Source: Candidatus Syntropharchaeum caldarium (GTDB taxonomy: Archaea > Halobacteriota > Syntropharchaeia > Syntropharchaeales > Syntropharchaeaceae). Taken from it: a stretch of 32,000 bases of DNA. A program made the position numbers and the translations under genes. Positions 8,965 to 16,745 of this stretch are shown here, piece by piece (the stretch's first letter is position 1; each line of letters starts with the position of its first letter). The DNA is taken from the NCBI GenBank assembly GCA_001766815.1, contig LYOS01000003.1:235254-267253 (forward strand), in the 5' to 3' direction. The notes beneath the pieces were generated by a model. It was not told where the DNA came from and did not search any database. It saw nothing but the letters and a program-made list of their open reading frames with translations.

Positions 8965-10272
8965 CTACTCAACCTCTATACCATACTTTTCTGCAATCTC
9001 AATAAAAGCTTCACCAAGATACTCAATCTCACGGTCACTCAGCCCGTATGTGTTCAGCTTCCAGTCCCGTGTTGCACCCTCGAAGATCCCGATGATTCCC
9101 CTCTTCTTGAGCTCACTCGTGAAGAAATAACCCCGCTTCTTATGGGTCTTTGCGATAACATCGAAGCTTGCTGTTGTATCTACCTTTGTGAGCGTGTGTT
9201 TTCGCGGCATCTCACTCAAGACTTTGCTCCCTTTTACCTTGAGGAAGAGCTCGATGAAGCGATTTGACCGCCTGACCTCGTTCTTCCATTCTTTGACCCT
9301 TTCTTTGACGTGTGGGAAGGACGCCATCATCGTGATGACAGGTGCCCCCATCAGCGTACATCCAAGCATCTCCACCTCCTTGATACCAAAGCTCCTCATG
9401 GTGAGATCGCCCTTGATCGCTGTTGTCCTGAATATCTTATCAACCCATTCGTCTTTGACCGCAAGAACACCAGAGGGTGCACAGGACGCCATCGATTTAT
9501 GCCCTGAACCAACGACAAAGTCCGCTCCAATCGCTTTTCCATCAACAGGCATCGTCCCAACCGTGTATGCACCGTTGTATAGAAATGGTACATCGTACTC
9601 TGCCGCAACTTTCCCAGCACCATATACATCATGTTCATTCCCGAACAGGTAGTCAATATGGTCGATAATCATAAGTGCAGGCCTTTTACCTTCTTCACGC
9701 TCAATTGCCTCAATTCGCTCTGCGATTGCCTCGGCTGTTATGATATTCTTCTCATCTCCCATAACCTCCCGCACAACCCCACCACTCGCTTCAACCGCAA
9801 GAAACTCGGTGTAATGGGAGAATGCAGTCAAAAGAACTATATCGCCTTTTTCCACAAGAGAGGATACAACCGCCTGGAAGCCCCGGCGTGCACCAGGAAC
9901 GACCCTTGCAGCATCCATACCAAGAAACGTGGCAAGTTCTGCATGGAACTCTTCGAGCTGGGGCTTTTTGATCTTGTCAAGTCTGAAGGGTTTTCGGCAG
10001 TTATCACAGACCGAGTATCCATCACCATAGCTGATGAGTGCTTTTCTTGCATCGAGCGTGAGCCTTCCCGCCGCCTGAATTGGATCAACATTTATGAATT
10101 CCTCTTCTCTTGTCCTCAGTTCAAGCTTTCCTGCTACATATTTTAATCTATTACCCTTACCCGCTTTTATCTCGCTTATAATCTTTTCGAGCCGATCAAG
10201 CTTTGATTTGATTGCTGCTTCCTCTGAATCGCTCAGTTCTGTTGGGAGTGCATGTCTGAAGACTTCCCTCAT
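8965..10272 (-). CDS. pscS: O-phosphoseryl-tRNA(Cys):Cys-tRNA synthase (SepCysS) with an N-terminal extension
   Basis: 435 aa. The motifs are EFINVDPIQAAGRLT, YGDGYSVCDNC and the PLP-lysine GSGHKSMA. ATG 10272 is the only in-frame canonical start upstream of the conserved core. Confidence 0.85.
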   Translation of the reverse strand: MREVFRHALPTELSDSEEAAIKSKLDRLEKIISEIKAGKGNRLKYVAGKLELRTREEEFINVDPIQAAGRLTLDARKALISYGDGYSVCDNCRKPFRLDKIKKPQLEEFHAELATFLGMDAARVVPGARRGFQAVVSSLVEKGDIVLLTAFSHYTEFLAVEASGGVVREVMGDEKNIITAEAIAERIEAIEREEGKRPALMIIDHIDYLFGNEHDVYGAGKVAAEYDVPFLYNGAYTVGTMPVDGKAIGADFVVGSGHKSMASCAPSGVLAVKDEWVDKIFRTTAIKGDLTMRSFGIKEVEMLGCTLMGAPVITMMASFPHVKERVKEWKNEVRRSNRFIELFLKVKGSKVLSEMPRKHTLTKVDTTASFDVIAKTHKKRGYFFTSELKKRGIIGIFEGATRDWKLNTYGLSDREIEYLGEAFIEIAEKYGIEVE

Positions 10273-10421
10273 CTCTTCAAGCGTGAATAGTGCCTCATAG
10301 ATCTTTGATATCCTTATATCGATATTAAAACCCCCGCTTATTCAGGCAGTAATCACACTTCAATAGATTACATCTCCATATTAACTTTCTCATCCAGACG
10401 GTGAAGTTTTAAAACCCGTAA

Positions 10422-10461
10422 TAAAGCTTTATAAAGTATTTTAAAGTCTTGTAAAGCTTTA
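10422..10461. promoter_or_regulatory. Two copies of the palindrome TAAAGCTTTA spaced 30 bp apart in a 276-bp divergent intergenic region
   Basis: TAAAGCTTTA occurs at 10422-10431 and 10452-10461, with a degenerate TAAAGTCTT between them. The same 10-mer sits at 4549-4558, 18-27 nt upstream of the M24 peptidase ATG, where it looks like a TATA/BRE element. Confidence 0.35.
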
Positions 10462-10554
10462 GTTTTCTGTTTTCTGAAAGTATGCTTATTTTATTCGAAA
10501 TACACAGGTTTTTTTGGGGATAAACGCCCCGAAACGAAACGGAGGAATGTGTGT

Positions 10555-11148
10555 ATGAAAACGAATGTGAAAAAATTTGGAACCGCTCTAATTGCGGTGA
10601 TCTCTGCACTGGCAATTCTCTCGGTGGGTGCATATCCTGCACTCGCACGTGAGGATGCTTCCAGTGCAGTAGAGAATGTACAGATGGGTGAACGCATTGC
10701 GAAAAGAGGTACGCCCCTTCTTGGCGCATATAATTGTTTGAATGAAACAAACAACGAGGAACTCGCGGTAGGCGGAGAAGGCTGGCTGTATGCCGAAGGC
10801 AGAGGAAAAGCACTCCTCGAAGGTACGGGTATCGTTGCTTTTGCCGGTGTGGGTCAGATCATCGTGATTGGGAAAGACATCAACGTCATGACAGATGGTC
10901 ACGGCAGGGTGATAAAGCTTGGATACCTTGTTACAATCTATCGTGGAAATGGCGTTGCAGTCTTTGAAGGTGAAGATATGACGATATTTGCCAGAGGAAG
11001 AGGCAGACTTGCAGCAAAAGGCGAAGGCATGGCGATAATCAGGGGTGCTGGTGACTGGGCTAAGGACAACTGGGATCGATGGACTGAGACATCGATTGAG
11101 CCATACGAAGAAGCAGGTGCAGAGCTGGAACTTGTCGCAGTCGAATAA
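10555..11148 (+). CDS. Secreted hypothetical protein with a Gly-phased beta-solenoid-like repeat region
   Basis: The start is ATG 10555, with GGAGGA at 10541-10546. The signal peptide is MKTNVKKFGTALIAVISALAILSVGAYPALA. About ten consecutive 8-9-residue segments then each begin with G (GRGKALLE/GTGIVAFA/GVGQIIVI/...GEGMAIIR/GAGDW). The antisense 224-aa ORF looks non-protein-like. Confidence 0.7.
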   Translation: MKTNVKKFGTALIAVISALAILSVGAYPALAREDASSAVENVQMGERIAKRGTPLLGAYNCLNETNNEELAVGGEGWLYAEGRGKALLEGTGIVAFAGVGQIIVIGKDINVMTDGHGRVIKLGYLVTIYRGNGVAVFEGEDMTIFARGRGRLAAKGEGMAIIRGAGDWAKDNWDRWTETSIEPYEEAGAELELVAVE

Positions 11149-11160
11149 TTGAACGCAACC

Positions 11161-11188
11161 GGGCGGGAAGTATTTATTTATCCCGCCC
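11161..11188 (+). terminator. Hairpin (8-bp GC-rich stem) between the two secreted-protein genes; possible terminator or attenuator
   Basis: GGGCGGGA (11161-11168) pairs with TCCCGCCC (11181-11188) around a T-rich loop. It is followed immediately by the TATA-like CTATATTTAG, about 20-30 nt before ATG 11220. Confidence 0.35.
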
Positions 11189-11219
11189 TCTATATTTAGA
11201 TAGCATGGTGTTGTGAGAG

Positions 11220-11984
11220 ATGAAGAGAAGATCAGGGGTTGTATCCATAGTTCTTGTGGCATTACTTGTATTCACCCTCTTCACGCCGCTCGTTGTATCA
11301 GCATCCCACGTGCACAGGGTAGATAGAAGATACAGCGATGCTCGGGCAAAGTATCTCGATACAAGGGAAAAATACCAGCGATTTGAGCGATCAGACCCGA
11401 ATAAAGATCAGATTGGACAAGCAAAGGCGTATGTTGAGAACGTTCTTGACTATCTGATAGCATACCTTGAGATGGTAAAGGCGAAGATCGAGGTGCTCGA
11501 GGAGAACGGAGCCAGGCCTCGTGTCAGTTCTTCAAATCTCCAGGCTGATATCGATGAACTTGAAGCGTTCAAGATTGAACTTGAGGGTTGTGAGACAAAA
11601 GACGAGGTTCTTGAAGTTGTGAAAAGGATCAGATCAAGCTGGGCTGGAATCAACGAAGATGTTAGATACTGTACAAATTTCATCTCATACTATCAGATTG
11701 GCAGAAATATCGAACGGATGGAAGCGTTCTCAGCTGGCATGGGTGTAAGACTCGATGCGCTTGAGTCTGCAGGAGTGGATGTATCAGATCTTCGTGCATA
11801 TCTCTCTGAGTTTGATCGTCACCTCGAATCTGCACGGGATGAGTACAACACAGGTTTGCGGTTTTATGAGGAAGATGAACTTCGTGATGCCAGCAGTCAT
11901 TTCAGAAATGCACAAAAGCATCTTATCCTGGCAAATCGGATTTTAAAAGTCATGGTGCGAGCGTACATGGGCATGAGGGGATGA
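11220..11984 (+). CDS. Secreted or anchored alpha-helical hypothetical protein
   Basis: 254 aa. It has an N-terminal signal or anchor (MKRRSGVVSIVLVALLVFTLFTPLVVSAS). The remainder is charged with heptad-like helical character. I recognise no family. Confidence 0.6.
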   Translation: MKRRSGVVSIVLVALLVFTLFTPLVVSASHVHRVDRRYSDARAKYLDTREKYQRFERSDPNKDQIGQAKAYVENVLDYLIAYLEMVKAKIEVLEENGARPRVSSSNLQADIDELEAFKIELEGCETKDEVLEVVKRIRSSWAGINEDVRYCTNFISYYQIGRNIERMEAFSAGMGVRLDALESAGVDVSDLRAYLSEFDRHLESARDEYNTGLRFYEEDELRDASSHFRNAQKHLILANRILKVMVRAYMGMRG

Positions 11985-12033
11985 AAATCATCTTCTACTT
12001 CTGTACATACAGCTCAGCCATTACATTTGCAGG

Positions 12034-12540
12034 TTACTCAAAATCAGGCAGTGCAGAACACGCCCTGCATCTGACACACCCTGCCCTGCATTTCTCCCAT
12101 GAGACATTATCCTGTAAGCCTCTGCTGGTACTGCATCTTCCATCAAACTCCCAGGAATTGGTCTCAACGAAAGGATGAATGGATATGCACCAATCTCTGA
12201 CATTATTTTGCTTCCATCGATGATGAAGCTTTCAACCTGATTCTCTCCAAATATTTCAACAGATCTCTTCCACGTCTCGATGAATCGATTCACTCCAATC
12301 CTTGCTTTTGCAGGTGCAACCTGCTTTAGAACCCTGACATCGAAGCTCTCGATGTGCACGCCGACCGAATCAACCTCGTTTGAGTATAAATCCTCGATGA
12401 GACCTGAATAAGATCTTTATTCCTTTATCCAGTCCTCCCTGTGTTCCGATGGTAAGTGTGACATGAGTCAAGACAATCTGTTCCGTGAAGTAGTGCAATC
12501 TCTTTGTAGGGTGTTCCACTTTCTGTTACAAGGTCGTAAA
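12034..12540 (-). pseudogene. Decayed radical-SAM-like (TIM-barrel, biotin-synthase-like C-terminal half) gene remnant, 5'-truncated with at least two frameshifts
   Basis: The track ORF 12021-12359 encodes HIESFDVRVLKQVAPAKARIG...FGENQVESFII...GAYPFILSLRPIPGSLMED. Upstream homologous sense continues in two other frames (..VTLTIGTQGGLDKGIKIL.. then ..GLIEDLYSNEVDSVGVH..), separated by stops. The 3' end reads better in another frame (AGCVRCRACSALPDFE*, 12034-12084). No CxxxCxxC N-terminal region remains before metX. Confidence 0.55.
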
Positions 12541-12580
12541 TTTCGGTGTGGGTGATTTAAGTGTGATAAGCTCTTCATCT

Positions 12581-14077
12581 TCACGTTTCAGGATTCCCGT
12601 TCCTCCTTTCATCACCTGCTATCAGCCTGCTTATGCAGTCACTCGTTATGATTCCCACAACACGGTTATCCGTCGTTACAACAGGAAGTGACGATACATT
12701 ATGTTTCTCCATCCGTTTTGCCGCAGCTCCTATCAATTCATCACTGTAGGCTGTTACGACCTCTTCTGTAAGGATCTCTTCTACGAGATTATAGCCATTT
12801 GCAACTGCGTTTGCGATATCCCATGCAGTTATGATCCCTATCAGGCGTCCATCTCTTGAACCAATGGGTAAGTGTGTGAACTCACCCTCTATCATCCTCT
12901 TTGCAGCCTCTTTCATCTGCATTTTTTCATGCATCACAAGCGGCTCGCGTTCTATCATCAGGTCCTGCACACGCTGTTTTTGCAGGGAGTTTGTTATCAC
13001 GTGCGTCAGCTGCCCAGTCTCTAAAAGAAACGCATCATGACCATAACCTGATTTTATCTCGACATGGCTGACATCGATCTCATTGGCTGTTAATGCCATC
13101 ACGATCTCCCTGGACTGATATGGGGGATAAAGCCAGTCAGAGCTGATTGAAATCACAAGAAACCGTGCTTTCACACCTTTGAAGGCATCAAAGAGCGTTG
13201 TACCGTTTGCGAGATCAAAATAATCGATGGCTTTTGTGAGATAGAGATAGGAGTTTGCATCAAAGCGCTTCACAAATGATTCGCCTTGGTGGTGAAGGTA
13301 ACTCTCGACCTGAAACTCAGTGGAGAAGTCATATCCATATCGTTCGCTATTCTTTAGCTCTCTTCCAAACTTCTCCCGCATCGATTCATCACTCAGATAT
13401 GTGATATGCCCGATCATCCTTGCGAGTGCGAGCCCACGTTCTGGTGCTCTACCTCCATAGTAGTCCCCACCATTCCAGTCAGGATCAGACATGATCGCCC
13501 GTCTCCCGACCTCATTGAATGCGATACCCTGTGGGGAGAGGTGTGCGGTTGTTGCAATCGGGATTGCGGTCTTAACCAAATCTTTATAGGATACTACCCA
13601 CTGTAAAACCTGCATTCCACCCATCGATCCCCCCACAACTGCCAGAAGCTGTCTGACGCCAAGATGATCGATCAATTTCTTCTGAGCATTCACCATATCT
13701 TTTATTGTCACCACAGGAAACTCAAGCCCATAAGGCTTACCAGTCACAGGATTGATCGATGATGGCCCTGTTGAGCCTTTACAGCCACCTATGACGTTGG
13801 ATGAGATCACAAAGTACTTCTCGGTATCGAATGCTCGACCAGGGCCGACCATCCCATCCCACCATCCAGGGTATTTATCACCTCTGTGCCAGCCAGCAAC
13901 GTGCGCATCTCCTGAGAGGGCGTGGCAGATCAGTATCGCATTGTTTCTATCTGCATTCAGTTCACCATAGGTCTCATAGGCAATTCTCACAGGACTTAGT
14001 TTCTCTCCGTTCTCAAGCTTAAGCTCATCAAACTCAAAATATTCTGTTTCAACAAATCCAAGACCGTCGATTATCAT
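12581..14077 (-). CDS. metX: Homoserine O-acetyltransferase with C-terminal tandem CBS domains
   Basis: 498 aa. It has an alpha/beta-hydrolase core with the GGSMGGMQ nucleophile elbow. The C-terminal ~120 aa are CBS-like ([20 protein letters not shown]..., [20 protein letters not shown]). It overlaps metY by 4 nt. Confidence 0.9.
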   Translation of the reverse strand: MIIDGLGFVETEYFEFDELKLENGEKLSPVRIAYETYGELNADRNNAILICHALSGDAHVAGWHRGDKYPGWWDGMVGPGRAFDTEKYFVISSNVIGGCKGSTGPSSINPVTGKPYGLEFPVVTIKDMVNAQKKLIDHLGVRQLLAVVGGSMGGMQVLQWVVSYKDLVKTAIPIATTAHLSPQGIAFNEVGRRAIMSDPDWNGGDYYGGRAPERGLALARMIGHITYLSDESMREKFGRELKNSERYGYDFSTEFQVESYLHHQGESFVKRFDANSYLYLTKAIDYFDLANGTTLFDAFKGVKARFLVISISSDWLYPPYQSREIVMALTANEIDVSHVEIKSGYGHDAFLLETGQLTHVITNSLQKQRVQDLMIEREPLVMHEKMQMKEAAKRMIEGEFTHLPIGSRDGRLIGIITAWDIANAVANGYNLVEEILTEEVVTAYSDELIGAAAKRMEKHNVSSLPVVTTDNRVVGIITSDCISRLIAGDERRNGNPET

Positions 14078-15351
14078 AACGCCTGATCCAGATCCTCTAC
14101 TATATCTTCAATATCTTCTATCCCGACAGAGAGCCGTACAAAGTCCTCTGTCACTCCTGCTGCAACCTGTTGTTCAGGGCTTAGCTGTGAATGGGTTGTA
14201 CTTGCAGGGTGTATCGCAAGTGATTTTGCATCTCCGACATTTGCAAGATGCGAGAAGAGCTTAAGCGACTCGATGAACTTAACACCAGTATTAAGACCTC
14301 CTTTTATCCTGAAACCGACCATACCCCCATATCCGCCATTCAGGTATTTGTGTGCAAGCCCATGGGTTGGATGATCGGGTAAGCCTGGATATATGACCTC
14401 TTCCACTCTCGGGTGATCATTCAAAAATTCTGCAACTGCAAGTGCGTTTGCTGAATGTCTCTCCATCCTGAGAGGGAGTGTCTCGACCCCCTGCAATATA
14501 AGAAACGCATTGAATGGACTCATTACAGGTCCTAAATCCCTCGTGAACCTGGATTTTAGCTTTACGATGTATGCAAGCTTCCCAAACTCATCAAGATAAT
14601 TCAAGCCGCCCCTGTAGGATGGATCATCCTCTTTAAGCTCTGGAAAGTCTCCCTTCTCCCAATCAAAGTTACCGGCATCGACGACAAGCCCGCCAAGCGA
14701 TGTGCCGTGCCCACCGATCCACTTCGTCGCAGAATGCATGATTATGTCTGCACCCCACTCGATGGGCCTGCAGAGGTATGGTGTTGCGAAAGTATTATCG
14801 ATTATAAGTGGAACACCAGCATCGTGTGCAACCTTTGCGACCTCCTCAACATCAAGCACATTGAGTTTTGGATTTCCGATCGTCTCTGCAAAGAGTGCTT
14901 TTGTCCCGGCGTCTATCGCATTCTGGAAGTTTTCAGGTGTGGGATCGACAAACCTGACATCTATGCCAAACTTCTTTGGAAACGTCACATCAAAGAGTGT
15001 GTACGTCCCACCATACAGCGTCTTTGATGCCGTGATATTATCACCTGTATTTGCAATCGTCAGGATTGATAGGAGTGTGGCAGACTGTCCTGATGCAAGC
15101 GCTGCTGCTGCGATACCCCCCTCCAGTTCAGCAACTCTCGTTTCCAGTACCTCGTATGTTGGATTGGTAAATCGGCTGTATATCTCACCTGGAAAGTCAG
15201 GTCCTTTCAGTGCAAAGAGATTTGCAGCCTGTTCTGTGCTCTCAAAGTTGTATGCAACGGTTTGATAAATCGGAACCGCTCTTGATCTTGTTACTGGATC
15301 GACGGACTGCCCAGCATGTAGCGTCTGTGTATTGAATCTATATTCACCCAT
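14074..15351 (-). CDS. metY: O-acetylhomoserine sulfhydrylase (aminocarboxypropyltransferase)
   Basis: 425 aa. The PLP-lysine motif is [11 protein letters not shown], and the N-terminus ([10 protein letters not shown]) is typical of the Cys/Met-metabolism PLP family. Confidence 0.9.
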   Translation of the reverse strand: MGEYRFNTQTLHAGQSVDPVTRSRAVPIYQTVAYNFESTEQAANLFALKGPDFPGEIYSRFTNPTYEVLETRVAELEGGIAAAALASGQSATLLSILTIANTGDNITASKTLYGGTYTLFDVTFPKKFGIDVRFVDPTPENFQNAIDAGTKALFAETIGNPKLNVLDVEEVAKVAHDAGVPLIIDNTFATPYLCRPIEWGADIIMHSATKWIGGHGTSLGGLVVDAGNFDWEKGDFPELKEDDPSYRGGLNYLDEFGKLAYIVKLKSRFTRDLGPVMSPFNAFLILQGVETLPLRMERHSANALAVAEFLNDHPRVEEVIYPGLPDHPTHGLAHKYLNGGYGGMVGFRIKGGLNTGVKFIESLKLFSHLANVGDAKSLAIHPASTTHSQLSPEQQVAAGVTEDFVRLSVGIEDIEDIVEDLDQAL

Positions 15352-15389
15352 TCTAATCTATCCTCGACAATTTTATATAGACTCTTAGC

Positions 15390-15428
15390 TAACAATAGTT
15401 ATATGGTAAAAAGATATAACTATTGTTA
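15390..15428. promoter_or_regulatory. Perfect 15-bp inverted repeat (TAACAATAGTTATAT-N9-ATATAACTATTGTTA), candidate operator upstream of metY-metX
   Basis: The arms are at 15390-15404 and 15414-15428. On the minus strand the repeat sits just upstream of the TATA-like TATATAAAA (complement of 15371-15379), which lies 20-28 nt before the metY ATG. That spacing suggests a leaderless or very short leader. Confidence 0.5.
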
Positions 15429-15577
15429 TATATAAAGGTTGTGGTTATGAAAGCGATCACACTGGCATCAGGTGGTATATATCGAAGGGATGTGTGAGGT
15501 CTCGATTCACAGAAGCGAAAAGTTCATCATAAAAACAGACTCAGAGGGTCTTGCAAAGAAGGAGGCTGAAAGAATCT

Positions 15578-16381
15578 ATGAATTACCTGGATAAACTCAA
15601 ACTCTTGAAGGAGTGTATAAGAGCTAAGAAACAACTTGTTGTCTCATTCTCTGGTGGCGTTGATAGCGCAGTTCTTTTGAAGATTTCACATGATGTGCTT
15701 GGGGATTCTGTAATAGCTGTAATCATAAACGACGAAACCTTCTCTGCATCGGGACTTGAGTCTGCGAGAGAATTTGTAAGGACGCATGGCATAAGATATG
15801 AGGTCATTGAGATCACCCAGCTTGACGATCCTAATTTTTCTAAAAACCCGAAAAACAGGTGTTATTACTGCAAGAAAAATTATTTAAAGGTCCTGAAAGA
15901 AATAGCAGAAAGAGAATGTATCCAGACAATAGCAGATGGAGTAAACATCTCTGATTTTGAGGAACACCGTCCTGGAATCAGGGCAAGTGATGAAGAAGGG
16001 GTATGGCATCCATTTGTTGATGCAGGACTGACAAAGGAGGATATCAGAAATATCGCAAAAAGCATGGGACTCACCCTCTGGAATAAACCATCTGATGCCT
16101 GTCTTGCCTCAAGGATACCTTATGGTGAGAAGATTACAGAAGAGAACCTCAGGATGATCGAATTGGCAGAATCAACCATTAAAGAGATGGGATTTTTACA
16201 GGTGAGAGTGCGATTGCACGGAAAGATCGGGCGGATAGAGGTCATAGAGGAGGATATCAAAAAAGTTCTTGAACTTCGTAGAGAGATCGTGCCCAGGTTG
16301 AGAGAGATCGGGTTTACATACATAACACTCGATCTTGAAGGTTATCGAAGTGGCAGTATGGATGAAGTCCTGAAGTCATGA
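15578..16381 (+). CDS. PP-loop ATP pyrophosphatase, LarE-like / TIGR00268-type sulfur-transferase family
   Basis: The start is ATG 15578 (GGAGG at 15561-15565), not the track start at 15551. The motifs are VVSFSGGVDSAVLL (SGGxDS), NRCYYCKK and CLASRIPYG. Confidence 0.75.
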   Translation: MNYLDKLKLLKECIRAKKQLVVSFSGGVDSAVLLKISHDVLGDSVIAVIINDETFSASGLESAREFVRTHGIRYEVIEITQLDDPNFSKNPKNRCYYCKKNYLKVLKEIAERECIQTIADGVNISDFEEHRPGIRASDEEGVWHPFVDAGLTKEDIRNIAKSMGLTLWNKPSDACLASRIPYGEKITEENLRMIELAESTIKEMGFLQVRVRLHGKIGRIEVIEEDIKKVLELRREIVPRLREIGFTYITLDLEGYRSGSMDEVLKS

Positions 16382-16510
16382 TGATACAGGAATAATGGTG
16401 ATCTCTTAAGATAGAGATTGTGCCTAATACCAGAATCATTTCGCAATCTTTATATAGTTGATCTCACCACTGTTAACATGCATCTTAATACAGAGGTCGA
16501 TATAACTGCT

Positions 16511-16744
16511 ATGACATCTACCAAAGATAAAATACTCTCGGCAGTGAAAGAGGCGGGAGAGCCTATGTCGATCGGAGAGATTGCCAGGAAGGTTGATGTA
16601 AGCTGGGCAACAGCAAAGACCAATATTCTGGAACTCTCTCAGGATAAGATGCTCAATACAAAGAAGGTCGGTAAGAACTGGATCGTCTGGATGGATGCAT
16701 CCACCACATCGACTGAGACCTGTTCAAGTTACAGGAGGATATGA
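16511..16744 (+). CDS. Small winged-helix DNA-binding protein
   Basis: The 77-aa version begins MTSTKDKILSAVKEAGEPMSIGEIARKVDVSWATAKTNILELSQDKML.. and has an HTH-plus-wing pattern. A TATA-like CTTTATATAG lies at 16448-16457. ATG 16478 is an alternative start. Its stop lies 1 nt before the next gene's ATG. Confidence 0.6.
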   Translation: MTSTKDKILSAVKEAGEPMSIGEIARKVDVSWATAKTNILELSQDKMLNTKKVGKNWIVWMDASTTSTETCSSYRRI

Positions 16745-16745
16745 T

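Noticed and set aside
10588-11262. A 224-aa ORF on the - strand covering the secreted repeat-protein locus.
   Set aside because: The opposite (+) ORF has an SD, a signal peptide and a regular repeat architecture. The minus-strand translation is Cys/Phe/Ser-rich and irregular, with no start context.
11981-12178. A 65-aa + strand ORF starting with an ATGA overlap at the end of the helical secreted-protein gene.
   Set aside because: It lies antisense to the radical-SAM-like remnant. The translation has no features, and it is probably spurious.
14702-15265. A 187-aa + strand ORF. Similar long antisense ORFs occur at 9188-10146, 4858-5301, 27848-28342, 29334-29864 and 17567-17920.
   Set aside because: All lie antisense within genes that carry unambiguous enzyme motifs, and their compositions are low-complexity. 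They are frame shadows of codon bias.
15447-15497. A 16-codon ORF MKAITLASGGIYRRDV*, followed in frame by GLDS. It is reminiscent of a broken PP-loop (SGGxDS) N-terminus upstream of the LarE-like gene.
   Set aside because: It is too short for any statistical support, and the sequence downstream of GLDS shows no further PP-loop similarity. It is possibly a relic or coincidence.
16378-16450. An ATGATGA (C-box-like) at the larE-like stop, raising the possibility of a C/D-box sRNA, and a 6-bp hairpin ATCTCT..AGAGAT.
   Set aside because: There is no matching D box (CTGA) or C'/D' pair at appropriate spacing. The hairpin is too weak to call.
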